DNA from: Chlorokybus atmophyticus
Lineage: Eukaryota > Plantae > Mesostigma and Chlorokybus algae
Reading direction: 5' to 3'
DNA length: 64,000 nt
NCBI GenBank assembly: GCA_009103225.1
Contig: RHPI01001327.1
Coordinates: forward strand, 1 to 64,000
The notes under the pieces were generated by a model, which had not been told where the DNA came from, did not search any database, and saw nothing but the letters and a program-made list of their open reading frames with translations. Each line of letters opens with the position of its first letter. Positions within the stretch are counted from its first letter, which is position 1. Shown here piece after piece: positions 10,863 through 23,300 of the stretch. The position numbers and the translations under genes were made by a program.

Positions 10863-13800
10863 ATGGATTCCGATAATGAGGAGGATGAGTTTTTTGAGGC
10901 GCATGACACTCTGGAGGAGGCCGCCGCCGCCTCCACAAGCGGTCAGTCAGGGCACCTCCTCTATGCCCGCAGCGGCTCAGGCTACTCGGGGTTGCGGGCA
11001 GGCACTGCGCCCGCTCTCTCCTCAGGCTTGCCCCTTTTTGAAGTGCCCAACTTGAACAGCACCATTGCCGCCGCCGACTTGGGCTTGAGGCCATCTCTCT
11101 CCGCCCCGAAGAACTCCCTGCCCATGCCCATTCCCATCCCCATGGCCATGCCCATGCCCCCAACGCCCACCTCCGTCCCAGCCACCCCCATGCACCAAGC
11201 GCCGCCTGCTCAGGCCACCGTCGTGCGCACCCGATCCCGCTCTGGAGAGTGGGACAGCCTTCAGCAGCAGCGAGCAGCAGCTGGAGCTGTCGCAAATGCG
11301 CAGATGGCGCACACCAGGTACATGCTTGCTTACAAAGGCATGCTTCGTCGCTGCACACTGAGAATGTGTCAACAGCAGTTTTTTTCGGTCCTTGCACACT
11401 CCAAGTTTGTCGTGTACGCTTGTGAGAAGCCTTTCTGTGTAAGCTTCTGCGGTAGTTGCGACACGCTGCTGCTTGCATTGCATTGCATTGCATGTCCTCT
11501 GTCTGGTATCAGCTTTGCTAGGTGTTGTCCATGAGTTGCTTCACAAGGCTGGTCAGAGCATTCCTTCACAACCCTCACAATGCATGCATGCAGGGCGATG
11601 TCCGCGCCAACTGGTGCTGGCAACGAGCCGCTATCTTCGCACTGGGACTTGCACTTGCAGAAAGTTGCGCATGCGCGTGGATCAAGTGAGAGTTCCAGTA
11701 GCGCAGACAGCAGTATCGCCGGCGGGCGAAGGTACGACACTCAATACGTAGTTGCCTCTTGATGTTAAACGCTTCTTGCGCATGATAATGCTCTATAGTA
11801 TGAGGCCAATGGCGATGACGTCTTCAGGACCGGGCGCTATTACCATGGGCGCGCGTGGACGATGGGTGCGGGAGGCGGCGCAGACTTGGCTGCTGGAGAC
11901 ACGACTGTGCGGTTGGGACACCTCGAGCTATCCGAGTCCGAGTCGGAGGGCGGGTCCGGTCTGCTCCGGGTGAAGGACTTGGACACCGGCAAGGAGTACG
12001 CCTTAGACAAGGCAAGCCACTCCAGTAGGGTTGACACTGCACAATCACGTCTGACACAGTTGCAACCACAACGCATAACACTTCATCTGCATTTCCTTCA
12101 GGTGTTCCGGATAAAGGACCTTGACACCGGGAAAAAGTTTATTGTTGACGAGGGGGCGGGGGGTGAAGAGTTGAACTGGGTCAAGGACTTGCAAACGGGT
12201 CAGGAGTTCTCTCTCAAAGAATTTGAGCAGTCCCTTGGTCTCTCTCCAATACTGCAGGAGGTGGAGCGGAGAGAGCGGCTGCGCGAATATGGTTACCGTA
12301 GCGAAGGTGCGGTGCACAGCACACTGAGAACTGATTTTTGCTCATTCGATTGAGATGAAATGGACCACTTGGTAACACAGTCAACGCGTGGCCTGCTTTT
12401 TGGTGTATGTAGTCAGTTCATTGCTATTGCAACCATGCTATACTATACTGACGTGAGTGAGACAATGTCTGTATTGTAGGCGAGCACGTGCTGGCGTTAG
12501 AGACACGCGGGGACTCTGCGTCTGACAGTGAGCCTCATGGTACAGTATGTTGAACGTGCACACTTCTGATTGTGCTTTAGTGTACCATGTAAGTTGGATG
12601 TTGAGCTGTCATGGCTTTTGCTCGTTTTGTCACAATTGCGAGATATCTTACCTTTCCAAGGTGACTCTGCTCATAAGAAGAAGAGGCGATTTACCCTAAA
12701 GGGCATGCGCAAGAAGCTGGCAAACGTCAGTGCGGCTGCCAAGCACAGGAGCAGAGGCACAGGCAGCCTTCCCTCTACTTCTCCTAAATCATCATTCCAC
12801 AGTCCGCCGCTGGATCCCGCCCCTGGGCCGGGCATAGCTCCCAAGCCGATAGACATTGGCGGCAGGGTGGATGACATCCGGGAAGAAGAGCCACCATCGA
12901 CCGCGCGACCTTACAGCCCGCCGCCGCAGCGCAAGCCGCCCCCGCCACCCCCTGAAGACACTGCACAGCAGCCTGCACCGTCCACTTCAGCACCTACACC
13001 ACAGCGCGCGCCCCCGCATGCACCCAAGGTACCTCGTCGTGAGCGTTGTATGCGGTTGCGCAAACTCCAGTTGAGGTAGTGACCATGTGGGTGTGGTTGT
13101 TCTGCATGCTGCTAGGTGCATCAATGTTGACAGCAATGATTATGCCCAGTTCTACCCGTTGTTCGAACACGCAGCGCGACTCGCTAAAGTGCTAATGCAA
13201 TGCGTGTGGCCTCAACAGAGCAACTCCAGCAGCATCAAAGTGTCTGTCAGGAAAAAGAACTTCAAGGAGTTTACGAATCTGCAATTGATGCAGGTGCGCT
13301 TGCTTGTTTCTATGCGCAAACAAGCGACATTATCTGGATGTGCGCCAGAAGCTCAGACTCGTGATGCAGGAGTTGAAGGAACACACCGGCCCTGTGTGGA
13401 CCATGAAGTTCAGTCTGGATGGGCAGTATTTAGCCAGTGCAGGGCAGGATTTTGTGGTAAGGGTGTGGTCCGTTGCGTATCGTTCTCCTATGTTGGGACG
13501 AGGACGCGCAGGCCACACAGAGGCTGCAACTGCTAACCAGCAAAACTCGGTACGCACAGGATGGCCACCTGTGTATATGAGCGACTTGGTGGTATGCACC
13601 TCACATAGCATCTCGCATAGCAGCTTCCTTATTTCGCGCACAGTATGCATCTCACACAAGAGCACCCATTGCATGCAGGGCAGTCCAGGGAGCAGCGAGC
13701 ACCTGTTGCAGTTTGCGGAAGAGCCTCATCGCGTTTATTTTGGCCACAAAGCTGATGTGCTGGACCTGTGCTGGTCCAAGACCAACTTCTTGCTGTCTGC

Positions 13801-15093
13801 GTCTATGGACAAGACCGTGAGGCTATGGCACATATCCATCAATGAGTGTCTGCGCATCTTCACGCACAACGACTTTGTCACGGCGGTTGACTTCAACCCA
13901 GTTGACGACAAGTACTTCCTGTCCGGCTCGCTTGATGAGAAGATACGTATATGGAACATACCTGACCACCATGTCACGGACTGGCTCGACGTAAGTGAGA
14001 TGATTACGGCAGCCACTTACGCACCCGATGGCAAGGTGAGCTCGTTGTGCGTGCGCGTGCCAGCCAGGTCATTGATGTGCTTGGCATATATGGGTTTGTC
14101 TCATGTGGGTCGTCTGGGAGCTTCATGCACTACAAATGATCTGAGTTTGGCGTTTATTGCTGCTGACAGGTTGCGGTAGTTGGCACTTACAAAGGCAAAT
14201 GCCGGTTCTATGGCACGGAAGGCAACAAGTTTGAGTACGTTACACAAATCGATGTTAGAAGTACGCGAGGGAAAAATGCTCGGGGCAAAAAGATTACGGG
14301 CCTACAGGTACTGACTCATGCATGTCTTGTGTGCTGCATATGACGATGCAAGTATTGGCTGACCAGGCCTGACTGGTATTGCAGTTCATGCCTGGCGACA
14401 ACAATGCCAGCCAGTTGTTGGTCACCTCAAATGACTCCAGATTGCGGATATACGATCGTTACACACTGCGATGCAAATATAAAGGTACGGTAAGGCTGTG
14501 CATATCTGGCCTGAGAGACTGACGAGGGCTTGTTGCAGGCTTGCGCAATGCAGCTTCTCAGATTCGAGCGTCTTTCAGCGCATTTGGCGATTACATCATC
14601 AGCGGGAGCGAGGACGAGCACTGTTACATATGGAGTACTGCCAATGCGTACATCCCCAGCTCTATGAACCCTGTACACAGTTCGTACCGAAAAGTAAGCA
14701 CAGAAGTTAGTTTGCTGTCAGCGAGCAATGCAGTTGTTATTGTGCACAGACAACCTGTTTGCTTGGTGCTATCGACAGGACAAGAACAGCTCATACGAGT
14801 GCTTCACCGCCCACGACAACATTGTGACAGTGGCGATCTTTGCCCCACCGGCGATGATTGGGTCGCGCCCAAAGTTTGTCACGGCTCCAGACACATTGGG
14901 TGTGGGTTCGCCAAGCACGAGGGGCCGGTTTAGTCTGGTGGGCAAGGCCGCGGATGAGCAGATTCGCGCAGCAGAGGCAGCGGGCCAAGCCGCGTTCTCC
15001 CATGGCATGGGCGTCAACCAGGTCATCATCACAGCCGGGTACAATGGCGACATAAGGACATTTGCAAATGTCGGGCTTCCGCAGACGCTGTAA
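10863..15093 (+). CDS. WDR44: WD40-repeat protein, WDR44/plant WD-44-like family (multi-exon)
   Basis: Acidic MDSDNEEDEFFEAHD start; three KDL(D/Q)TG(K/Q) motifs; WD blades QELKEHTGPVWTMKFSLDGQYLASAGQDFVVRVW, GHKADVLDLCWS, SASMDKTVRLWH, FNPVDDKYFLSGSLDEKIRIW, SQIRASFS, ECFTAH; ends FANVGLPQTL*. Confidence 0.9.
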
Positions 15094-15798
15094 CAGCGGC
15101 ATGCCTGCCTTTCAGAGTCGTCAACATATTTCCATGGCATGTACTTTGAGTCCGACTGGCGCATTGGTGCATCTACAGCCGTTGAGACGCGTGCGCAGTC
15201 GTGTGCATATATGTAGTAGGGATTACGCGTGTGGCTGGCTTCTTCACAGGAACATGGTGTGGATAGGTGGGCGTGCGTTTAGCGGGGATTTTTCCACATT
15301 GGCGTATGTAGTTTAGGTTTGTAACATGTGTACAATCGCAGCATCCTGACACGCTGCGGAAAAGCTGCCTTCATTTGCAGATATCTATCATAATTGAATT
15401 AGAAATCCCGGTTGCTCTTCTACTTTGCTCATTACATCATGCATGGCTACATGGCTGCAGTGCTGCACTTAGTTGTGTGGTTGTTCTGCCCATGCCAGTG
15501 TCCTGACCTGGTGTGCACCGGGCAGGAGACACTGTGCTAGTTGATTTTGTACTGCTGGCCGGCGGTATTGCTGTCTGCGTTGTGGTTGGATAGATATAGA
15601 CATCGGGCTGCGTTTGTCTCTGTTTTAGCAGCAAGAGGAGTGAGAGGCCTCTTCTCACTCTATAGCCAGTATGTTGCTTATGCTTTGTTGCGCGCGCAAG
15701 TGTTGGCTCTGCAGAGCGGGCGCTGTGCGGTTGGCAACTGTAGAGAGATGCCCTGGATGGCAGCTTCTGCACTTGACGCGCCCTGCCACTGTCGCCGA

Positions 15799-15924
15799 TG
15801 AGAGAGAGAGAGGGCGAGGGCGAGGGCGAGGGCGAGGGCGAGGGAGCGAGGGAGCGAGGGAGCGAGGGAGCGAGGGAGCGAGAGCGAGAGAGCGAGAGAG
15901 CGAGAGCGCGAGAGCGAGAGAGAG

Positions 15925-15999
<75 letters not shown>

Positions 16000-16000
16000 N

Positions 16001-16088
<88 letters not shown>
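15799..16088. repeat. Compound (GAGGGC)n/(GGGAGCGA)n/(AG)n microsatellite
   Basis: Direct reading; single N at 16000. Confidence 0.95.
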
Positions 16089-16091
<3 letters not shown>

Positions 16092-16229
16092 ATACCAATC
16101 CAATCACCCAACCCGACCGGCCATGCTTAAAGTGCTAGAATGCAAGAAATGTGCGAGGCAACAGTAGTAGCCTAACTGCGAGTGGCGGCACAGCACTGCA
16201 CAGCGGGCCTGTGCTGAGGTTAGAACTCC

Positions 16230-16400
16230 ATTGCACTGCGACGGTTAGGGTAGCGGGAGATGACGCAGCGTGGGCTGCGCGACAGAGAGGGTGGCGGGGG
16301 AGAGGGAGAGCAGGAGGGAGGGAATTGTCGTCCTTGCTGTTGGCGTGCTTGCCATTGCCAACAACAACGACTAACCGCGGCCCATGTGGGCAGGTATGCC
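16230..16400 (+). repeat. Diverged solo relative of the Penelope-like element terminal repeat
   Basis: CCCATGTGGGCAGGT at 16381-16395 is identical to 58373-58387 and 61981-61995. It is preceded, as in those copies, by a GCCAAC/AAC-rich stretch and a purine-rich GGAG tract. Confidence 0.45.
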
Positions 16401-18261
16401 AATGACTCTGTGCTTGTTTTGGTGCTGTGCATGCAGAGGGTAGCTATACTAAGCACATAGTCTGGCGGTGGTGGTGTATTTATGATGATGATGGTGAATG
16501 CTTAGGCGTGTGCATGTGACAGTTGCATGTGCGACAACAGAATGTGCATATGTCAGCATGTATAATGCAGCACCCCGTATACATATAATTATACCTTATA
16601 CATAAACTTGGTCAGCCTATATACATATTGCGGTAAGTCAATTGGCGCCAATGTGGGCAAATGTGTGTAAGTGTTAGTATTAATGATAGAGTTCACATAC
16701 TTTTGCCCACATTGACGCTAAGCGGTTTGCACCTAGAGGTTGTGAAATGCATGTCTAGTTTATCACTTGCGTTAGGCACGATGCTGCTATGATTGGTTTT
16801 ATTACATTGTATTATATTTAATGTGTTTTGCATGATTATGTGATGATACTTGCGTGACATTCATGTAAATGTTGCCAACATGTGTACTAATACTAATCAC
16901 CCGTTGAGATAATTTAACATGTCACAATAAATCGTAATAATTGATTTGATTACTATTGATGTGTTTGCAGCTTATAGCCACATGGTGTTTCCGCCCGTTT
17001 TTGGTATAACAACAACACACATGCACAGTGCCGCACTGTATTCATTACACACGCGCATGATGTGCATGGCTTGCAGCCGCGTGTATCTGTAGCATTTAAT
17101 ACACGAAGTTTGCAATGGCTTTCAACATCGGTGCAAGTGTGTAAACGCAGCAATGATTGACGCTATGGTAAGCTAAATGATGTGGTTATGATGATGATGA
17201 TTCACTATGCGCGATGTGAATACATCATAATGTTGTCGTTGCTATGATACCAAATCAGTACAGCAAAACATAAAAGGTGATACAAAAAGAGTAATTGTGT
17301 TATCATTACGCAAGATTTGCGCTGCATTGTCATCGTTTTGAGCTGTATTATCTTTCTGCTATGTTATGGTTAAACTATTGAATACTTATCCCCTTCAGCA
17401 TATATGCCGAAAAAAATGAAACGATCAATTATTGACAATGCAGCTTACGGTGGTATAAGCTACAAGAGTCGTGATAAGTTACCTTGCATATAAAGTTCAT
17501 TAAGTTATTCACGAGATTATTGATTGAACACATGAAGACCAGCCTGGCAGTTATGGGATATAACTTTCCCTGCACCATGCCATTTTTCCAGGCGGTTTTT
17601 GGTGGGGAAATGAGGGCAAACACGCGGGGCGACCAATAAGCATAGTAATGTAGTATTAAAAATTGGTCTTTAATTAGCATACCATTATTTAACTTTTCAC
17701 CGCGCCGCATTTCATGCCCCAACCTTCAATTTTTCTCTGTACCTGTAATCTTATATCACATTATGTCCCCCATATTGACTGCTGGTCTTCATGTGAATGT
17801 TTGTTAATAATTGCATTTTGTTATGGGACCGGTTATGATATAACATTACATACAGATTTTATATTTGTTGTGTTAGACGCAACTTGAATTAATAAAATGC
17901 GCACATGACGTGCACAAGGCGTTGTGCATGCGGTGGCTGGCTTTCAGCGAGCGATTGACGTGATTTTATTAGCATGTCTGCAATTGCCATATGGCGCAAT
18001 TTAAGTTACGCAAAGCACTTGAAATGTACACTGCATCGTGTATACAGTGGTTGGCTTCATATAAATGTTTAATGTATATGTTGAAAAAAGTGTATTTACG
18101 TGAATCATCACACTCGTCTCAAGTCTCATGCACTCTCTCTATTGAAGCTGGCTCAAAGCCATACATGATTGCGAGCTCCAACTTAAGGCCCCCTTGCAAG
18201 CCCTAACTGTCATTTTCACGGCTGAAATGCTGTGAGTCATGACCCCATCACCCATGTGAAC

Positions 18262-18266
18262 AAAAA
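18262..18266 (-). terminator. T5 run, candidate Pol III terminator of U3
   Basis: TTTTT on the minus strand about 23 nt past the U3 3' stem; plant U3 is a Pol III transcript. Confidence 0.5.
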
Positions 18267-18288
18267 GAGAACGGGTTGGGGGGGAGTG

Positions 18289-18518
18289 ACCCGTCAGAAC
18301 GCTTCCTACCCATCACCGCCGGCGGAATGATGCGCGGCGGGACGTTCATCAAGCGTCGGAGCTGTCATACCTAGCCTTGCGGCCGAGGCGCTCCGCCGCG
18401 GGGTTTTCGCGCTCAGGGCAGGAAGCCTATCTTCTTCCGGGCTGGAAGGCCTGTCTCGTTTGGTCAGCATAGACAGTGTGTACGAACTATAGAACAGATC
18501 CTGTTCAAGTATAGTCGT
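18289..18518 (-). ncRNA. U3: U3 small nucleolar RNA (SNORD3), about 230 nt
   Basis: 5' ACGACTATACTTGAACAGGATCTGTTCTATAGTTCGTAC matches the plant U3 5' end (boxes A', A). Then C' CCGGAAGA, B GAGCGCGA, C TTGATGAA, D TCTGA; stem GCTTCCTGCCC/GGGTAGGAAGC and terminal stem GCCCG/CGGGT. Confidence 0.93.
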
Positions 18519-20344
18519 AGACACTGCGCGTTGATAAGCCGAAATCGATCCTGCTTGGGAGCAGGCTTGCTCGACCGCTGGGCTGAAGGCTTACGAGACC
18601 ACTCTCACCGTTGCGAAAAATCCAATCCGGACGGTCCAGATCGCTGTGCTTGAGGTTGGGGCCCGAGAAAATTCGTTCTTCAGCGAACAAGCTTCCTTTC
18701 CAGAGCTGGCAAGCGGTGCATGTTGGCGAAGGCCGAGACGGCGGTGAGTATGTGCAAGCATGTTGTTGACTGCGTCTTGAAGACCAGACGGAGGCCAACT
18801 CCATCACATAGCACGCCAAGCGGACGCTTGATGTTGTGGCAACGCAGCTCGGATATGGCGTGTGTACCAACAGCAATAGGCGTTGTCGTCACCGTCTTCA
18901 CCATCTTGCCTGTGTAGGGTGATTATTGGGATAACCTCAACCACTAGCGACTGACCAGCTACGGGCTGTGCTGGCAGCTCGCATTCACTGGGGTTATTGT
19001 GGCAGCCGCTACTACTGTTGCTACTCACGGTGGGTGTGCGTGCGCGTGCGTGTGCCTGTGCACGTACGTGCATACGCACACGCACACCCCATGCAATACC
19101 ACGCAAACACGCACGCACACACGCATACAGTTGTATTGCTGTTGCCCATGAGCGGACCAATGTACGTCACTTGGCAGACTTACTATGCATGTCTAACAGC
19201 ACGACGCGCATCCCCTCCCCCCTGATGTGCATGATTGGAGCGGTCCATCTACACAAACGTGAACGCACGCACAAGTGCACACATGTACACCTACACGCAC
19301 ACTCATACACATGCGCAATAAGCTTGCAGTACTAGCAGCAGCTACTAGCCAAGGACATGCATGCGCACCCACACACGTTGGCACGCGCTGACACGCCAGC
19401 CATTTAGCAGTAGCTTCCGTGGCAGCTGCTGCTGGCAAGGACACATACGCACGCATGTTATGTATCCGCACGCGAGACATGTATTCGCGAAAATATGACC
19501 GCGCGCGCACACGAACTCGCACAATTTCTGCTGTCCACATACGCATGCACGCAAACAAGTAAGCACGCCACTTGCGCTACGTGCGCACATGCGCACGCAC
19601 GCACGCACACCCACCACTTGTTACCGCCATGAGTGCATGCTGTTGCCAGTGATGCACCTCATGCGCGCGCGTGCACGTGCATGCACACACACGGGTATCA
19701 GCCCAACAGCTTATCCATTGATGGCTGGAGTTGGATCTGCAGCCGAACTTGAAGTTTGAGAGAATTATGCATACACATGGTGTTGTAGTAAACTCTGCCA
19801 TGCCTGGACAGTTGATGTGCGTCCTGTCGTCCATTAACACAGGTGGTCAAGACATAGTGTTAACGATGCTGGCGCCACTATTATTCGACATGGATCAAGT
19901 TTCCATCGATCAGAGTGTCGGTAAGTATGCACGCTCATCAGCATCTCAACCTGCAGCGTGGGTTTTTTTTTAGAGCAGCAACATTAGTTGAGTATGGGAA
20001 GCTGGGCCTCATACAACCGCTGTACAAAGACATAAAATTCGCGCATGCAGACAAGCCTGGTCTATTGTGTGCCGGCTGTTTCAGTTTCTTCATGTTCTCT
20101 GTCGCGCCACACATGTAGTAGCGCTGGATTATTGCTGGACCGGATTTTCGCACCCACGCAAAAGCTCTGCCTGCTTGTGGTGCTACTGGGTTCTGCACTG
20201 CCTGATATAAACATGCATGCATGACCATTGGTGTGCTGGACCCCTTTTCCAGCCTGGTCTCAGCACCTTGACGTGCTGTGCGTTTACAGTGTCGGTATCA
20301 CTTCACATGATTGCCGAGTAAGTGCGTGATACGCGATCAGTGCC

Positions 20345-23300
20345 CTAGTTGTCTTCATACAGCGAAGCCTTCATGTGGCTTGCTCCGTGCGTGTCCGTGA
20401 CGAGGCTGAAAAGAGTCCCTTCAATGACCAGTTCCGCCAGCTCCTCAAACTCTGCTGTGTGCATCAGCATCCCATCCACTTGCATCACATTGCTCAACAT
20501 CTCACTGGGCTCCAATCCCACAGACGACGCGTGCGAAGCACCAGTCGCACTCATCGAACTCATTAATCGAACACTGGATTGCCTCTCCAACATCTTCTCC
20601 TGATGTTGTTGTTGATGCTGCTGCTGCTTCTTGTGTGTCGATTGAGCAACCGTGGCGTACAAGTCCACAGCAGGGATATACACGGGTGCGGGTTCTTCAT
20701 CCAACCCATTGCGCAGCAAGTCATCCATCTCCGGCTCCGATATCACCTCCAGCACAAGTTGAGTAATCACGCTGGCGCATACATCCGCTTCACCCTCCGA
20801 CATCGGCTGCGCGGTGTCGGTATCAGGAGCCAAGCTTGGTATGCATGCGGGTAAGGGCACGAATGTGGTTATAGTGTCTGTCGGGTGCTTCTCTGCATAG
20901 CGCTTGGCGCTCATGACGCTGGCTTGCATGGTAAGACTGAGTGTCCAGGGCTTGCACGGCTGCTGCTGGCGTGCGTTCTCACGTTGCATATCGTAGAATG
21001 TTCTTTGCGATACAACTTGAGACAGCCGCGGCAACCTGCCCACCGTCGCCTGCGTCATGGCCGACACCACCGAGGTGTGACGGCTGCGAGTCCTCACGGG
21101 TGCGGTCTCCCGCTTGTCGGCAAGGATGACCTCCTCGCTTGGCTCAGGAATGAAGCTGCTGAAGCTCCTGTGGTGTAATGTACACAGCAGTTAGCAGTTT
21201 GAGTACCAAGAGCAGCTTTGAACATGATGATGATGCCCACCTCGTGTCGTTGGAGTTGTGATTGATTAGGGAGTCAGGGATCTCCTCCACGTCGACACTG
21301 CACGTGATGCACGCTTCCCAGCTTTGTGGCTGCCCGGACGCCGTGTACACAAGCTTCACCACCGCATGCGCACCCGGAAGCAGCCTGAAAAGCAGACAAC
21401 GCATAAGAAGATGACAAACAGAGCACGCAGGGGTAACTCTCACCTGCCGGACATTGGCTCAATGGACAGGCTGCCTTGTATGATATCCGTGTTGAACATG
21501 CCCGCGTTCCACTTGTAAGTGACAGGCAGATTGGAGACGTTCTTCACCACGACAATGCGTCGCGTGATGGACGAGACGGGGACGTCTCCCAGACACATGA
21601 GGTCATACGACAGCGTGGCTGGCTGCGACGGTGGGACTAGCGTCTGCTTGCTGCCAAGACCCGAGACATCGTGGTACGGCCTCTGCGTGGTGGCGTGCAT
21701 GCGAGACACGCCGTCCACGTATCTAGTGTCAAAACCCGATGCTCGAAGCGTCACCGTGCGCGTATCTATACCATCTACCGTTATCGGCAGCAAGACAGAG
21801 TACTCCTTTGCCTCCAAAGGCTGGAAACACATGTTCACGAGAGCTTCTTCACCCGGTTGGATCACGCCTGCAGGGTTGATGCACTTGAAGACCTCAAAGC
21901 CATAGTTGCTCTCCTTCGTCCTGTCAATGTCAGACGTGTCCACGGCGTATTCGATGGCGGACAGCCCGGCGTTGTGGAGCTCGATGGCTTGGAACGGAGG
22001 GTCAGCATCGCCAATGGGAACCGTGCCGAGGGGCTCCACCAAATGCGTTGAACTGGATCCGGATATCAGCCAATGCCTGTCATCCTCGGCCAGCGTGCGA
22101 CCTCGCAGATCGATGTGTATCCTCTTTCCCTGTGCGCACAGAGATGAGCGATTCAGTACACGTATTGCTGGTCATGATGCAGCACCAAGTGCAACAGCCA
22201 GTCACACACACCTTGCTGATGTCGAGGAGGACGTCTAGGTGGTGGTCCCCTACGTCCTGGTGTAGGTATGTGAATGCGATCGTGGTGGTCTCCCCCACCT
22301 TGAGCGTGCCTGCTCGCGGTTGCACCGCCAGCACGCCTTCCTCCAATATCACCGCCTGCGCCTTCTCCTCCGCGGTGCATCCCACGTCCGCCTCCTCCAC
22401 CCAGCTCTCCAGGTCCACCTCGCGCTCGCCCGTGCAGTTGAAGCGCCACGACACGTCCACGCTGCCGGGGTTCCTCACCTCCACGTACACCACGCTGGGC
22501 TCGGAACCAGCGGACGAGGCACCGAGAGTCAAGGCGTGAGGGGACAACCGTGACAGCGCCGCCGCGGTTGATATCAACCGCGTGGACCTGAGAGGGAAGG
22601 ATAGTCCTCAGAAACTTGTAATCTGTATCGACAAGATAATAGTTGGCTCTCTCTCACCTTCGCATGTGCAGCTCGGCGTCGGTGAGGTCTGAGGCGAGTT
22701 CTTGGTTGAGGTCGTGGAGGAGTAGCTGGCGCCACAGCCTGGCTTTGCCCAAGCCTCGGTTGCTGCGGCAGTCGGTGATGGTGAACGTTGGGTGCTGCCC
22801 GCTCGCCAACACCTGTGGCATAGAGCAGAGTGTAAAAAGGTGAGATCTCACTCACGCATTCTCTCAGTGCATGCGTGGTATGGATGCAGACGTATTGTGC
22901 TCCGATCTGCACCTGTGCGGTGGTTGTGATGATTGAGGAGGAGTGGGGTTCCAGACGCGAGGGTGGGAGCGCCGCGGAGAGGGAGAGCGTCGTGGAGTCC
23001 CGCTGACCGTTGACGGTCGTCAGCTCTGTGTGTGCGGAAGTTGTGTCATAAGCCAGCAGGTGGGGTTCACAAGCAGCACTTGCATGCATAGACGAGTTAG
23101 GAGTTGCACTACAAAGAAAGAAACCCTCTCTCCGTGACTGTACCCGCGGGGCCTGGAGCACCGCCAACCGTGCACGAGAGCCGGAAACTGTACGCTCCTC
23201 GCCTGAACAGGATTGGGGCGATGTCAACATGATCAGCAGTACCGCAAGCACAGGCTCCCTGATGCACTCACACGCGCACACACATGCGCAAACAAGTACA

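Noticed and set aside
18306-18876. Spliced protein gene built from ORFs 18876-18505 and 18524-18306
   Set aside because: The second ORF coincides with a convincing U3 snoRNA, and the joined peptide matches no family I recognise.
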